Positions 23,526 to 37,704 of a DNA stretch of 63,250 nucleotides are shown piece by piece. This DNA is from Chiloscyllium plagiosum (lineage: Eukaryota), in NCBI RefSeq assembly GCF_004010195.1, contig NC_057742.1, positions 43,323,368-43,386,617 on the forward strand, written 5' to 3'. The position numbers were made by a program, and so were the translations under genes. The number at the start of each line of letters is the position of its first letter. The first letter of the stretch is position 1. The notes under the pieces are model-generated. The model had not been told where the DNA came from and did not search any database. It saw only the letters and a list, made by a program, of their open reading frames with translations.

Positions 23526-26500
23526 AGTCTGTTTTGAGTAACCTCATTCAAACTAAAATTTGGGACTAAAATTTTAAACTGCCAAATTGATCAGATTTTG
23601 TAATTGAGACTAAACTTATGATAACATGTGATTATAATGTGTAATGTTTGTCCATTGAACTAATGTTGTTTTGACCTTAAAGTGATTAATCAATATATGC
23701 CTCCAACTGCTCTACTGTGCACTGCGCAAAATTGACATGATCAGGAAATGTACAGGTTTTAGTAAATTGAACGGTTGCCGAAAATGTTAATGTTTTAAAT
23801 ATTATTAAATAAGTCACCTCATAAACAAGACTGCTGTTGTGACTTCTTGTTTCTATTCAATTTAGTTATTAGCTTGCTTGATGGTGAGCAATTTTATTGA
23901 ATTCCAATTTGGGATTTTTTTTATGTGAGGTTACATTATGTTCTATGTTCTGTTGAAAATATATGCAGAGCCAGTTCTGCTGCAAACACATCATTGTTCC
24001 TCCGTGCTATGATTTAATGGGTTTTTTTTTCTGTTGAGGACAGAATGTGCTTGGATAATTTTTTAATATCTTTCTGAAGCTGTTTCTGGTTTCAACATTG
24101 TTTTTTCTTTCTGTTTACATGGTTGGTGACAGTGAATCGCTCCGGTTTCCTCACTGAATGCAACTAGCATGCGAGTTGAACTTTCCTGAAGTGAAAGGCA
24201 AATAGCAATGGTTTTGGAAATGAAGGAAAAAAACTTTGGGCACGATTTTTATTTAGAAGTAATAATTGAGGATTAATCGAATCCACTCCATGCATTCCAA
24301 ATTCAGAATTCACTTATCTACTTCAATCACAAGGTATTTATTTAAGTAGTTTACAAGTCACAGAAAAATATAAATACAATTTAAAAAAATAATGTACTAA
24401 AAGTTCTTGCTATTGAGTAATAATGCCATGACTATGACATCATTCATCAAGAGTCACCTTTCAATTCCACTGTACACTACACACAGATTTTGCTCCTGGA
24501 AAAGATCATTGGCAAAAACAATTTAAAAATTCTGCCCGAAATATTTCGGTGAAGAGCAGATCAACTTCACTGCATTCACCATTTCACAAGTAACTTGAAT
24601 TAATTAATTATGTCCCTGATTAAACTAGATTTGAAGGAAAAAACTAAAACATTAAATGAGTGATTTGGTCTGAACAGTTCTGGCTTTAGGTGTTCCCAAT
24701 CGGTTTGTTTTAAATAAATAGTTATATTTTACAACAACATACCAACTGAAGAATCATTCATTAGGAAGCAACTGCTATATTGGATTATGTGAGCAAGGCT
24801 AGATTTCGAAATAATTAAAATAAATATCATGAACGCATACAGGAATACTTGCTGTGAATCCAGAGAATGGGTTTTATGTCAATTCATTCAGACATATGCA
24901 GATTGCACAAGTTTACAGAAGACAGGAACTAAAGGGTAATACAGCACATTGTTAATACAAATGGAAAATAGGGTAATATTTATTTTAAGTAATATACTTG
25001 ATCGATTATTGCAATGTAGCAACCTAAAGGAGATTACTCTGGCGATCGTTAAGTGTGACGATCATTTATTCAGACATCAGTTAAAGCGGGCAGAAACAGC
25101 TTTTCAATCCACACATCTTTTAAAATTCATTACAAGTTCATTACAAAGAAGCGAAGAAAATGAACTTGCCATTGTAATGCAAACCTGACAGTAAATATAT
25201 GCCCGAATTTATTCAACAGAAATGCTGTTCCACAATGGAATGCGGTATTGGCTTTGTGCAGTGCGTGCAAAATCTCCAACGTTCAAGAAATGTTTTAAGA
25301 ATAAGTAAAAATAATTTAGAGAATAATCCCATTTTCTCCGGAGCTGTCCATAACCTAAATAATTTTGTTAATTACAATGACTTAATAAGTTTATTAAATC
25401 AGTGGTTATCTGTATTCATTGCAAAAAAGTTCTTGTTCGTATTAATGCTTATCCTTTGGTTAATTCCTCTTAGAGAAGTTAAATTACAGCGAATACATTT
25501 GACATGATGAATTAAGCAGCTACATCTGCTAGGATCAAGACTGTTGTACAGTTGGTTTCTGTGCTATCTCCGACAGTCCTGTCAACTGGTTCTGACCATT
25601 TGTAAATCGTCTGGTTCGGACACCTGAATTTCAGACAGTTAAATTTCATCTGGCTCTTCAGAACGACTTTTAGCTGCCAGAAATGTAATATTTGATGAGG
25701 TGCCTCAGAACTGAGAGCCTTGACTAATTGTTAGAATCAGAACAAACACTTCAGTAACAAAAGGTAGATTGCAAGAGTTTTGAAATCGGTTATTTGCAAC
25801 AACGGATATTTGACTGAGCGAGGCAGAAAGAAATATGCTGCAAATTTTATTTGCACCACAATTGTTCGTGAATTATTTAGTGGCACAACGTAGAATCAGA
25901 AATTATTTTGCTTTTTTTTGAGAACCTATCATCAGCTTTTAATGTTACTATCAATGGTATAATACAATCTATTTCAATCTAAGTAGACCATGCACAGGGG
26001 TAAGAGGAAGTGAGTCCTAAGTGGAATTCCAGTGATAAGGGAATTTAATCCTTATGCAATCCCTAGTTTTATTCCTCTATATTTTCCATAGAGTTTGAAC
26101 AATTCAGAAATACTATCAAAGTATTCTTGGATAATTGGTGAAATGTTACTTTCATTGTGTAAACCTTCTGTAATAATCTCGGGTTGTTGGAAGGTGTTAA
26201 TAATTAACATGTTTTATGCACTGTCAAACAGGTAGACTGTTGTCCGAAATATTGTCGACCTCATTGTGTTCAGGTCTGTTGTGATGTCGTAGAAGGTGTC
26301 CCTGACTCTCAGCCAGGTGGCTTGTGTTCATTTACAACGTGTTAGAGAGGTATGTAATACCATTTCTTATCAGGTTAATTCGGGGCAAAAAAAACATTGA
26401 GTTCTTTGGGTGTTCGAATTCCACTCACAGAGACATGTGAAATCTATTCAATCATTGTCCTGACTTGTGTCTCTTACATATTAGACAGAAATTTGGCGGG

Positions 26501-28489
26501 GGTTAGCAACATTTTTCAAATAACTACTTGTCCATGAACTTTTGGGCATCGCTAGCTGGGGTTAAAGGAGTAACTAAAAGAAATGCTGGCTATTCCACTA
26601 GCTTTTCTATCAATATCATTTATAACTAATCCAGAATTCATCATTTTTCAAATATATTTGATGCGATTATATCAAGGCTGTTCCAGTTTACAGCAAAGCA
26701 GTGCTGTATTTGAATTTGTTTAGTACTGCATGTTTTCCGTTGAATCCAACACTTGCAACAGATGGTGATAGCTTTTCAATTAGTCTTCAATTGATATGTC
26801 AGATCATTCAGTACCTCTGCTAAGAATCCTTTTTGAACAGTAGTCAAGCAAGCTTAATCACTGTTTAAATTAACAGCTGTGAGTTCATGTGCCAAACATA
26901 TGCAAACAGTTTGCTGATGAGGAGTCACTGGATGTGAAACGCTAATCTTGCTTTCTCTCCACAGGAGCTGCCAGATCTGCTGAGTTTCTTCAGAAATTTC
27001 CATCTTTATTTCGGATTAATAGCACTCAAAGTTTGTTGTTTCATTAAAAAAAGTTCTGTTCGATTAAACAAGTTGTTTGTTGAGAAAATACATTTTAACA
27101 AATTGAGAATGTTCAGAGATATTTAGTATCAGAGAATCATTGAATGTGAGTGATCTGATCTAGAGCCATTGTTTCAGAAGAAACTATATCATGAAGTAAC
27201 AACACGTCCCAAAGTGCAGTGGCTGCTGTAATGGGTGGGAGTTATTTTGACAACTCAAATAGAGAATGTCAATGCTTCCATTCCAAATAATCAACAGAAC
27301 ATTTTAAAGAATGTATTAAACAATTAATTTGTTGAAATATTTTAATAAAAAGTGTTCACCACCGGTGCTAGCCTAACAACTGACACAATAATCGGAAATA
27401 GGAGCAGGAGTTGGATACTCAGTCCCTCGACCTTTTCCACCACTGACTTAGATCATGATGGATCTGTGAGCTAACTCCACAGGCCTCCCTTTGTGCAAAA
27501 CTCTTTAACACCTCTGATTAACAAGCAAAAAGTATCCCAGATTTAATGTTCCGACTGCACATAACAAAGGGAGACACCATTTCTGAAAGACATTTCTGTG
27601 AGTATTTAAAGTGACACAGAGGCTATAATTAATTGCTCATGAAAATAAGGTTTAAATCTCTGACAATTTCCAATTCAAACATCCCAATAGTCAGATCCCT
27701 TTAATTGAACATTATATTTCTTTATTCCAGGGAAGTATAATGTATGATTGCCGTGTTACAATAAAAAGGATAGCTTCATTCTCATTATACGATTAAGAAA
27801 TAGTTCTGTTAGTTCAATGAAAACACAGTGAACCCACACAGAAGGATACCATTCAGCATGTCATCTCGTGTGGACACACAAGTGCCTCAAATAATTTTCA
27901 ATTCTTCCAGTGGTTATTTGCATCTGTAAACAGGTATGGAAGTGTCAGACTTTTTATATCTCCTTGACAAACCAGTTGTTATTACCTTACTTGAATTGCT
28001 GAAGTTCGTGTGGTATTAGAACATTCAGAGCGCTGTTAGAAAATGAGTTCCATGGTTGTGATCCAGAAAGGGTAAAGGTGCAGTGAAATAGTTGCAAGTC
28101 AAAATGGAGTGTGATTTGGAGGAGAGCTTTCAGGTGAAGCACATACATGCAAGTTTGCCTTTACAAAGATCACAGTTTTGGAACGTGCTGCCGAAGGAAC
28201 ATGTAAACATACAAATTAGAAGCTAAAGAAGGCACCTCGGCCCCTCTAGAATGCTATTTCATTCATGAGATCATCATACATCTTGCTGCTTGACAGTCTT
28301 TCCAACACCTGATAAAATTGAACCTGATTGTTTGCTGTTCAACTAAAGAATTGTAAAACTTTGTGATTCTCTGCCACAGAAATTGATTCACATCAAAATA
28401 TTAAATGATTTCAAGAAGAAGATAGTTTATTTCAATCCTTCAAAAATACCATGAGTATGTGGGGAAAAAAAACGAACAGGGTTGAAAGC

Positions 28490-29065
28490 TCTGAAAACAT
28501 TGGATGTGGCATGGTTGGTCAATTTGCATGACACCAAAATTGGTGTTATAATTAACATTGACCTTTATCTAAAAGAATAACAAGATCTTGATCAGATGGG
28601 TTAATGGGCTGAGGGGTGGCAGGCAGAGTTTAATTTATATGAATATGGCGTGTTGCATTTTGAAAATACAAATCATTTCACAACTTAAGAGTTAATAGTA
28701 GGGCCTGGGGTAGTGCTGTCGAACAGAGAGTCCTGGGGGCTCAGAGACATAGATTCTTGAAAGTATTGTCTCAAGTAGCTGGCATGGTGAAGGTGTTTGG
28801 CATGTGTGCCTTCATTGATGAGAGCATTGAGTTTAGGGTTGGGATATTGTGTTGCAACTGTTCTGGATATTGGAATGAACTGCCAGAGGAAGTGGTAAAT
28901 GCAGAGACAGTTACAACATTTAGAAGACATTTAGGAACTGGATAGGTCTGGATGAATGTAGGCCAAAGGCAGACAAATGGAATTAGTTTAATTTTTGAAC
29001 TCTGATCAGCATGGATGAGCTTGACTGAATGGTTTGTTTCTGTGCTGTATGACTTTGTAACTCTC
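28490..29065 (+). mobile_element. CR1 LINE fragment
   Basis: Decayed RT and 3'-end motifs (WNELPEEVV). Confidence 0.7.
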
Positions 29066-29639
29066 TGACTTTATGGTGGAGTAGGCTCCAAGTTGGAAGG
29101 TGGTGAGCTAGTGAGGGTTTGGAGTGGTAATATGGTGGAGCTTGAGTTGATAGGCTGTGAGGTATTGAGTGGCTGCTGGGTAAGCTTGTATACACATAGT
29201 CAGGCAGGGTGGCATCAAGGCAAATGGCAATAGTCACAAAGATAATTTGGTCGAATTGTGCTTGGTAGGTGAGGGGCAGTTTGAGCTGAAGTGCAGGAGG
29301 TCTGCCTGTGCTAAGCTGGTTAGTTGGAGGTGGGCACGGTGCCAGGCTGGTTCAGGGGTAGAAAGTCACTGTGATGAAGTGGCAGGTGGATATGATGTTG
29401 AAATGCAAAGCTCACAATCTAGCGAAGTGGCAAACAGTAAAGGACAGCTGGGTATGAAGCTAGGATGCAATGTATATAGGTTGACTTGGGTAAGTTGAAA
29501 GGTCAGTGATCTAGGGAGTAGAGAGAGGTTGTGAAAATAATGTTGCTAGGTCCAGTCAGGGCCAGATTCACCACAGACCAAGTGCAGGGTGGCAGGACTG
29601 AAATTGACTGAAAGGAATTGAGATGACATGTCCATCTGG

Positions 29640-30310
29640 AGTATAGAACAGAGAACATTACAGCACAGCATAGGCCCTTCAGCCCTCAATGTTACGCCAA
29701 TTTGTGGAACCAATCTGAAGCATATCTATCCAATACCATTCCATTTTCATCCATATGTTTATCCAGTGACCAGTTAAATGTCCTTCAAGTTGATGAGTCT
29801 ACAAGAGTTGAAGACAGTGCATTCCATGCCCCTACTACTCTCAGAGTGAAGAAACTATCTCTGACATCTGTCCTATATCTATCACCCCTCAATTTAAAGC
29901 TATGTCCCCTTGTGCTAGCCATCACCATTTGAGGAATAAGGATGTCACTCCTCACCCTATCTAACCCTTATATGTCTCAACTGAGTCACCTCTCAGCCTT
30001 CTCCTCTCTTATGAAAACAGCCTCAAGTCCCTCAGCCTTTCATCATAAGACCTTCCCTCCATACCAGGCAACATCCTAGTAAATCTCCTCGACACCCTTT
30101 CCCAAACTTCCATATTCTTCCTATAATGTGGTGACCAGAACTGTACACAATATGCCAAGTGCTGTCGCACCATGTCGCATCATGACCTCATGGTTCCGAA
30201 ACTCAATCCATCTACAAATAAACTCTAACACACCGCATGCCTTCTTTGCAACCCTATCAAACTGGGTGACAACTTTTAGGGATCTATGTACATGCACACT
30301 GAGATCTCTC
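29640..30310 (-). mobile_element. CR1 LINE 3' fragment
   Basis: RDLSVHVHRSLKV...AKKACGVLEFI on the minus strand. Confidence 0.75.
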
Positions 30311-30926
30311 TGATCATCGGCACTACCATTATGGATTGCCTCGGATGTGTGTACCTGTCTTGTGATGGGGGTCCTTTGTTCTGGGGCTGAATGGGCATGA
30401 AGGAGGGGAGGAGCCATCAATGTGAGTGGAAAATTACGTCTGGACAGAAAGTGAGAGTGGTAGTTAGTCTGACAGATTGGAGTTTTGGCATTGAAATGCG
30501 TGTCAGTCTAATAATTTCTGAGGTTAAAGAGCACTTGTTAATTTCTCAAATCATACTTACATAAATGCTCAGCTCAGTTAGCTGTAACACTCCAAGGTCT
30601 CTGAAAGTTAATGATCCTCCATTTTTCAGAGACCTCCAGAATTCAGGTAATTGTCAATTAGAAGTTTCAACTTCCAGACACTTGACATAAGGTCAGCTGT
30701 GACAGAGATCTTCACAGTCCCAGTGCTCAGCTCCTGCCTGAGCTGCTGCTGCTGTGACCTTCTTCCCTGAAGAACATCCTGACTTGCATTAATAAGTGAG
30801 GAAGGGTCACAGGTTCTGAAATGTTCACTCTGCTTTCTCTTCACAGGTACTGCCAGATGTTTGTTTTTTCCAGCAATTTCTGTTTTTTTTTCTGATTTCC
30901 AACAGTATGGTGCACAGTAGAGCAAC

Positions 30927-31255
30927 ATGGTGGCTCAGTGGTTAGTATTGCTGCCTTTAGTGCTTGGGACCTGGGTTCTATTCCAGCTTCAGGTGACTGT
31001 CTATGTGGAGGTGGCACACGTGCCTGCGTGGGTTTCCTCTGGATGCTCTGATTTCCCTCCCAAAGTCCAAAGATGTGCAGGCTAGGTGAATTAGCCATGC
31101 TAAATTGTCTGTGGTATTGAGGCATTTGGACTTTAGGTTCATTTGTCAGGGTTAAATTTAAAGTAATAGGGTAGGGGAATGAATCTGCTTGGGTTACTCT
31201 TCAGAGAGCCAGTTTGGACTTGTTGGGTCAAATGGCTTGTTTTCATAATGCAGAA
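30927..31255 (+). mobile_element. HE1-like SINE (diverged)
   Basis: gtggctcagtggttag...gggttctattcc head and family body. Confidence 0.75.
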
Positions 31256-31605
31256 TTTATATGAATCCTCATTTACTTGGTTTGCATTTCGTGAAACGTC
31301 TCCACTCTTCACTTGCAATCCAATGAAAGTGTCAACTGGCGAGATTTTCAAACAGTTACTGGTGGTGAGTTCAATGTGTTCCAATTTCTAAATTATATGG
31401 TAATGGTCAAGGTAGAAGGCATTTTTCTGGAAAGGGAACCAAAAGATCACAATCAATAACTGATAGGAAACAAAAATAAACTCAAGTTATGCTGTAGATT
31501 TTAGTGGGAACATACTGGCATACGTTTACAGCTGACAATGTGTTTGAGTAACTAATAAGGTTGATTTAACAGAAAATAACTTGCTAAATTGGTCATTCTT
31601 TCCAG

Positions 31606-31910
31606 GAGACACCATCTCCCCCCATACTTTACGGCTTAGTCTCCTCCTGTCAGCAGCACAATACCGAAGGTTCTATATCTTTGGTTTTTTGGCAATGGAC
31701 TATTCCCCTGACATCACCAAGGTGACCTGGAAGAAGAGTGGGGAACCAATCATGACTGGATTGAAGACTTACCCTTCAGTGAGAAACAAGAAGGGAACTT
31801 ACATCCTGAGCAGCCAGATAACTCTGACCGAGTCAGAGGCAGATTGCCCCAGCAAAATCTACTGTTAGGTTCAACATATGGGGTCACAGAACAGCACTGG
31901 AATGCCATAT
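31606..31910 (+). pseudogene. IgM Cmu1 exon
   Basis: Acceptor ttccag at 31600-31605. [22 protein letters not shown] in one frame, then [68 protein letters not shown]. The first domain Cys is replaced by Phe and there is a TAG at 31866-31868. The 3' boundary is approximate. Confidence 0.92.
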
Positions 31911-31994
31911 GTTAACAAGTGTTGTGGGAACTGAGATAAACAGAACATTTTTGATTAACCTGAATAAGGCATTATTTATAACACTTTCCACAGA

Positions 31995-34900
31995 ATCATA
32001 GAGGCATACAGCACAGGAAAAGGTCCTTTGGTCAATCCAGTCCACGCCTATCAATAACAACCACCTAACCATTCCAGTCCAACATGACGGCACCTGATCC
32101 ATTGTCTTGTGGGACTTGCCATTGCGAATATGCATTGAAAAACTTCTTATATATTATGAGGGGCTCAGCCACTACATGACTTACAGGCACTGAGCTCTAG
32201 GTTCACACCATCCTCTGTTTGATTTTGTTTTCCCCTGAGATCCACACTAAACCTCCTGGCCTTACCTTAACCCTATGCCGCTAAGGCATTGATCCTTCTA
32301 TCAAGGGGAAAGATTTCTGCCTATGCCTACCATAATTCCAGACATCTCAATTATCTTCACCCTCATTCCTCTTTGCTCCAAGGAAAACACCAGTCTATCT
32401 AATCTAATTTCATAATTAAAACTCTCCAGCTCAGGAAAATTCCTGGCAAATCTCATCAATGCTGCCTTCAGTGTAATCACTTTCCTTCGATCGCATGCAG
32501 TCCTAAACTGTACACAATACATCAGTGTGGCCTAACCAGCGTTTCATTCAGTTCCAGTATCATCTCCCTCCTCTTAAATTCAATGGCTCGACTAGTAAAA
32601 GCAAATAACCTCCACACCTTCTTGGCCTCTTTATCCAGCTGTCACAGTACATTAAGGGATGGATTGGAATATACACCAAATATCCTAAGTCCTTTCCAGG
32701 CTTCTGCCATTCAACACCCAATATCTTGCAGTATCTTCTGCCCCAGTGCATCAACTTACACTTATCCAGAATGATTTCCATTTGCCATTTCTCTGCTTAT
32801 ATGGCCAAACCTTCTATATCCTCCTGCAAAGTAAAGCTATTATGTTCATTACTTACCAAGACATGGCAATTTTCATTTCATTTGTGAACTCACTGATCAA
32901 CCCTCCTACTTTTTCATCTAAATCATTTGTTGCTAAGAGAAAACACAAAGAAATTAACATTGATCCCTGCAGAGCCCCACTTGACATGCATTTCCAGTCA
33001 CAAAAACATCCTCCGACAATTATTCTCTGCTCCCTGCCACTCAGCCAGTTCTGGATCCAATTCGTCAAATTAATTCAGATCCCATTGGCTCTGATCTTTG
33101 CTGTCGTCTGAACATCAACTTACCTCTTTGAAAACTACCAGCAAAGTGCTTAGACATGACTTCCCCTCAATACAACCATGCTGAAAATTGTTGATTAATT
33201 TTCCAAATAAAGTCTAATTCCGCACCTCTTTTGTTCCAATAGTTTCCCTACCACTGAGCCTAGACAGGCCTTTGTTTCATTGTTTATACCATCCTCTGTC
33301 CTACATAACAGTACTACACTGGCTGGTCTGCACTCATTTGGTCCCTGTGGCCAGACAGGAATTCTAAATTATTGCCAGCAACTCAACTATTTCATCCTCT
33401 GCATCGCTCAATAGCTTGGCATACATTTCATCTGCCTTGCAAATATAACTACTTTTCATCCAGCAGGATAACACAGAACATCACATCACCTCTCCTAATT
33501 TCTGAAAGTACATCACAACAATTCTCCATGAAGTCTATACCCACATTGTTCCTCTTACTAGTGAACATCGACACAACACATTTATTTTGACCATAACAGA
33601 ATCCTTTGGCTCCACGCCAATAATAACACTTAATGGGCATTACTGTTTCCCAAATATCCTTTTATTATGAATGAGCCTGTAACTTGTTTTAATATTCTCC
33701 TTTATGCTGACTGCTATTATTTTCTCATGGTCCCTTTTGCTCTTTCTCCCTAATTTCTCTTTCTTTCAAACTCCCCCTTGCACATTCTGTACTTCATCAG
33801 AGTTTCTATTGTTTTGAGACTTCAGTGTATACCGTAAGCCTCCCTTTGACGTCCAGAGATCGCTGCATCCTTGGTCCCATGTTGTGGCTTCATGGCCAAA
33901 ATGTCGTCCCTGTGCTTGTGTTGTTTCTGTCTTAAATGTGTCACACTGCTCTGACTCAGATTTACCAATAAGTCCGCTCTGGTCAAATCATTACATGGTC
34001 TTATTAAAATTGTCTTTCCCCCTTTCAGAACTTTGGTTCAGACTTTTTCCTATCCCTTTCCAGAACAATCTGGAATCCAACAGATTTATAATGTCTGAAA
34101 TGCGCTCCACCATTGATGTTTTAACCACTTGGTCGAGTTCATTACCTAAAGTTAAGTCCAGGTTCACCCCTTTCTTGCAAAGACTGTATTAAAACTGTCT
34201 GTTGTAAACATATTATTAAAATATTCTCCTGGGAGGTATTTTCAGAATTCTGATCCCTCTAATTTTTTGACACGATAAATATCCAAGCCTACGCTGAGGA
34301 AATTAAAATCCTCTTTTTCTCATTAGCACTTTCCTGAAATTTGCCCAGGTATTTGCATTTCTCGATCTTCTGACCCTACAGTGAAGTCTATAGTGCTCTC
34401 CCAGCAGTTATAGAACATAGAACATAGAAGAATACAGTGCAGTACAGGCCCTTCGGCCCTCGATGTTGCGCCGATCCAAGCCCACCTAACCTACACTAGC
34501 CCACTATCCTCCATATGCCCATCCAATGCCCGCTTAAATGCCCATAATGAGGGAGAGTCCACCACTGCTACTGGCAGGGCATTCCATGAACTCACGACAC
34601 GCTGAGTAAAGAACCTACCCCTAACATCTGCCCTATACCTACCNNNNNNNNNNNNNNNNNNNNNNNNNNNNNNNNNNNNNNNNNNNNNNNNNNNNNNNNN
34701 NNNNNNNNNNNNNNNNNNNNNNNNNNNNNNNNNNNNNNNNNNNNNNNNNNNNNNNNNNNNNNNNNNNNNNNNNNNNNNNNNNNNNNNNNNNNNNNNNNNN
34801 NNNNNNNNNNNNNNNNNNNNNNNNNNNNNNNNNNNNNNNNNNNNNNNNNNNNNNNNNNNNNNNNNNNNNNNNNNNNNNNNNNNNNNNNNNNNNNNNNNNN

Positions 34901-36150
34901 NNNNNNNNNNNNNNNNNNNNNNNNNNNNNNNNNNNNNNNNNNNNNNNNNNNNNNNNNNNNNNNNNNNNNNNNNNNNNNNNNNNNNNNNNNNNNNNNNNNN
35001 NNNNNNNNNNNNNNNNNNNNNNNNNNNNNNNNNNNNNNNNNNNNNNNNNNNNNNNNNNACCCCTCCTCCAGGTCATTTATAAAAATGACAAACAGCAATG
35101 GTCCCAAAACAGATCCTTGCGGAACACCGCTAGTGACGGCACTCCAAGATGAACCTTTGCCATCAACTACTACCCTCTGTCTTCTTCCGGCATTTCTCGA
35201 TCTTCTGACCCTACAGTGAAGTCTATAGTACTCTCCTAGCAGTTATAGAACATAGAACATAGAAGAATACAGCGCAGTACAGGCCCTTCGGCCCTCGATG
35301 TTGCGCTGATCCAAGCCCACCTAACCTACACTAGCCCACTATCCTCCATATGCCTATCCAATGCCCGCTTAAATGCCCATAATGAGGGAGAGTCCACCAC
35401 TGCTACTGGCAGAGCATTCCATGAACTCACGACTCGCTGAGTAAAGAACCTACCCCTAACATCTGTCTTATGTTTGCTTTATTTTGATTTTCAAGTACTG
35501 TCCATTTGCCTTCACTCGATGAGGTATCCATGAATTCATTTCTCTTTACAGCTGGAAATACTCTTGTCAGAATTGCGATAAAATCGACATTCTCTAACAC
35601 TGCCCCCCCCCCCCCCCCCCATTGCGCCCGTGCTTACACACACACATACTTTGCATCTTTCCCTGTCTCCCCTGAAGGCACTATAACCTGTAATATTGAA
35701 TAGCCACTCATGTCTCTCTCTCAACAACTCTCCGTGATATCAACTGCACCAATTCATGGTGGCTCAGTGGTTAGCACTGCTGCCTCACAGCACCAGGGTC
35801 CCAGGTTCAATTCCAGCTTGGGGCAACTGTCTGTGTGGAGTTTGCACATTCTCCCTGTGTCTGTGAGGGTTTCCTCTGGGTGGTCCAGTTTCCTCCCACA
35901 ATCCAAAGATGTGCAGGTCAGGTGAATTGGCCATACTAAATTGCCCATAGTGTTAGGTACATCAGTTAGAGGGATATGGTTCTGGGTGGGTTACTCTTCG
36001 GAGGGTCCGTGTGGACTTGTTGGGCTAAAGGGCCTGTTTCCAAACTGCAGGAAATCTAATCTAATTCCTCATTTATGCTGATAACTCATCTACCTTGTTC
36101 ATCAGACTCATTCATTAAAACGAATACCATCCAACATTGCTATCTTCCCT
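31995..36150 (-). mobile_element. Old CR1 LINE filling most of the Cmu1-Cmu3 intron, with younger CR1 (34410-35190) and SINE (35757-36063) insertions
   Basis: Minus-strand RT remnants ([27 protein letters not shown]) and endonuclease remnant (WLFNITGYSAFRGDR). Confidence 0.7.
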
Positions 36151-37394
36151 TTTGAAGGCATGAGAATGGGGTTGAGAAACATATTAGCCATAATCCATTG
36201 GCTGAACAGCCTTAATCTGTTCCTATATCTCACCATCTAGTGGTCTCAAAATGACATGGCAAAAATGTGAAGTGACCCTTGAAAATAAATCAAAATTAAG
36301 TTCAATACTTCATTCCCAGTTCAGGAATGACCTGTTGGCATTGGGCATTGTATAACATTGACCTTATCTGGTACTGAGCTCTTTAGCTTCATTCATCGGA
36401 CCAGACCACAGACCAAGTGGGTATCATATTTGATTAACTGGGATAAATGTGATCTAATTGAGCCTCGTTAAAACACTCCATGTAATTAGTGGATGTGGCA
36501 GGAAAATGTTTCAGCCTGGTTTCAGGATGAAGATTTTCCTACACTGAGTCGTGGGGTCTGAATAAAATTAGCACAAATTTCCACCAAGTTTGTACGTTAA
36601 TTTAAAATGCTTCTGCCTTTTTTTTTGCTCCACGAAGAAATTAAATATTGCAGATTGGTATTAAACTAAAAGTGCAGACCAGTCATGAACTAACTGAATG
36701 AAAGGAAAGACTTGATGTGATTGATGTCCTCCACTTTATCCAATTCTGTAGTCAGTGTCTTGTTTTCAGATCTATTCCAAATTTGGCACATGAGGAATAA
36801 TGCCATATTTTAGGGAACGATATCACAACAATCAATGCAAAGTATTGTTGATCACATTAAACATATTAAAGAGAATTTCCATGGCTGTTCTCTGTTCCCG
36901 TAACACTTTATATCCTCTGCAAGTGCATGAGGACAAAGAGAATAATTGTAATTTATTGTATTTTATCCAAAATTTAGAATGTGATTTGGCACTCAGTGTA
37001 ACCAACAGCATTTGCACGTAAGGTCCATGAACATGGAAATGAACTCATTATATACAGATTACTCTTGTAACAAGTATCAATAGATGGTCTTAAGTGAAGA
37101 AAGAACTCTGAAAGAAAGGTTACTCCATGGGTTACATCATGATACCTTTGTCGATTTTACTTTTTTCATAGGTTTCACTTGTTACAAAGCCAGTGTCTTT
37201 AGGAATAATTACACAGGGTATCTTACAGGTAATCACAATGTTTTCACAACCAAAATATAGAAACAATAGTAAAATAGTTTCAGCATTAGTTGGAAGTTGC
37301 CTTGTTGAAGGTGGTTTCTTCACCTTGTGAGAAAAGAGCCGGAAGACTGTGTGTTCTGATCCTTAAGACACATTTTTCATTGATTTTCTTTCAG

Positions 37395-37704
37395 AGGTGT
37401 CACCGAGTGGCAGATTACATAGTTACAATAATACCACCGCCCATAGAACAGGTCTTACTGGAGGCGACAGTAACGTTAACCTGCATTGTGTCCAATCTTC
37501 CTTTTGGAGTCAATGTCACCTGGATACAAGAAAATAAACCTCTGAAATTAGGGATTGCTGACCAGCCTGGAGAGAATCCTGACAACGTGATCAGCAAATT
37601 AGATATTTCTACTGAAGCCTGACTGAGTGGTGTTGATTTTGAATGTGTGGTGAACCATCAGAATCTACCGACACTTCTGAGAGACGCCATCCACAAGAAG
37701 AAAA
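37395..37704 (+). pseudogene. IgM Cmu3 exon
   Basis: [32 protein letters not shown]...[38 protein letters not shown]>TGA at 37620-37622. Length 310 nt (3n+1). Donor GTGAGC at 37705. Confidence 0.92.
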
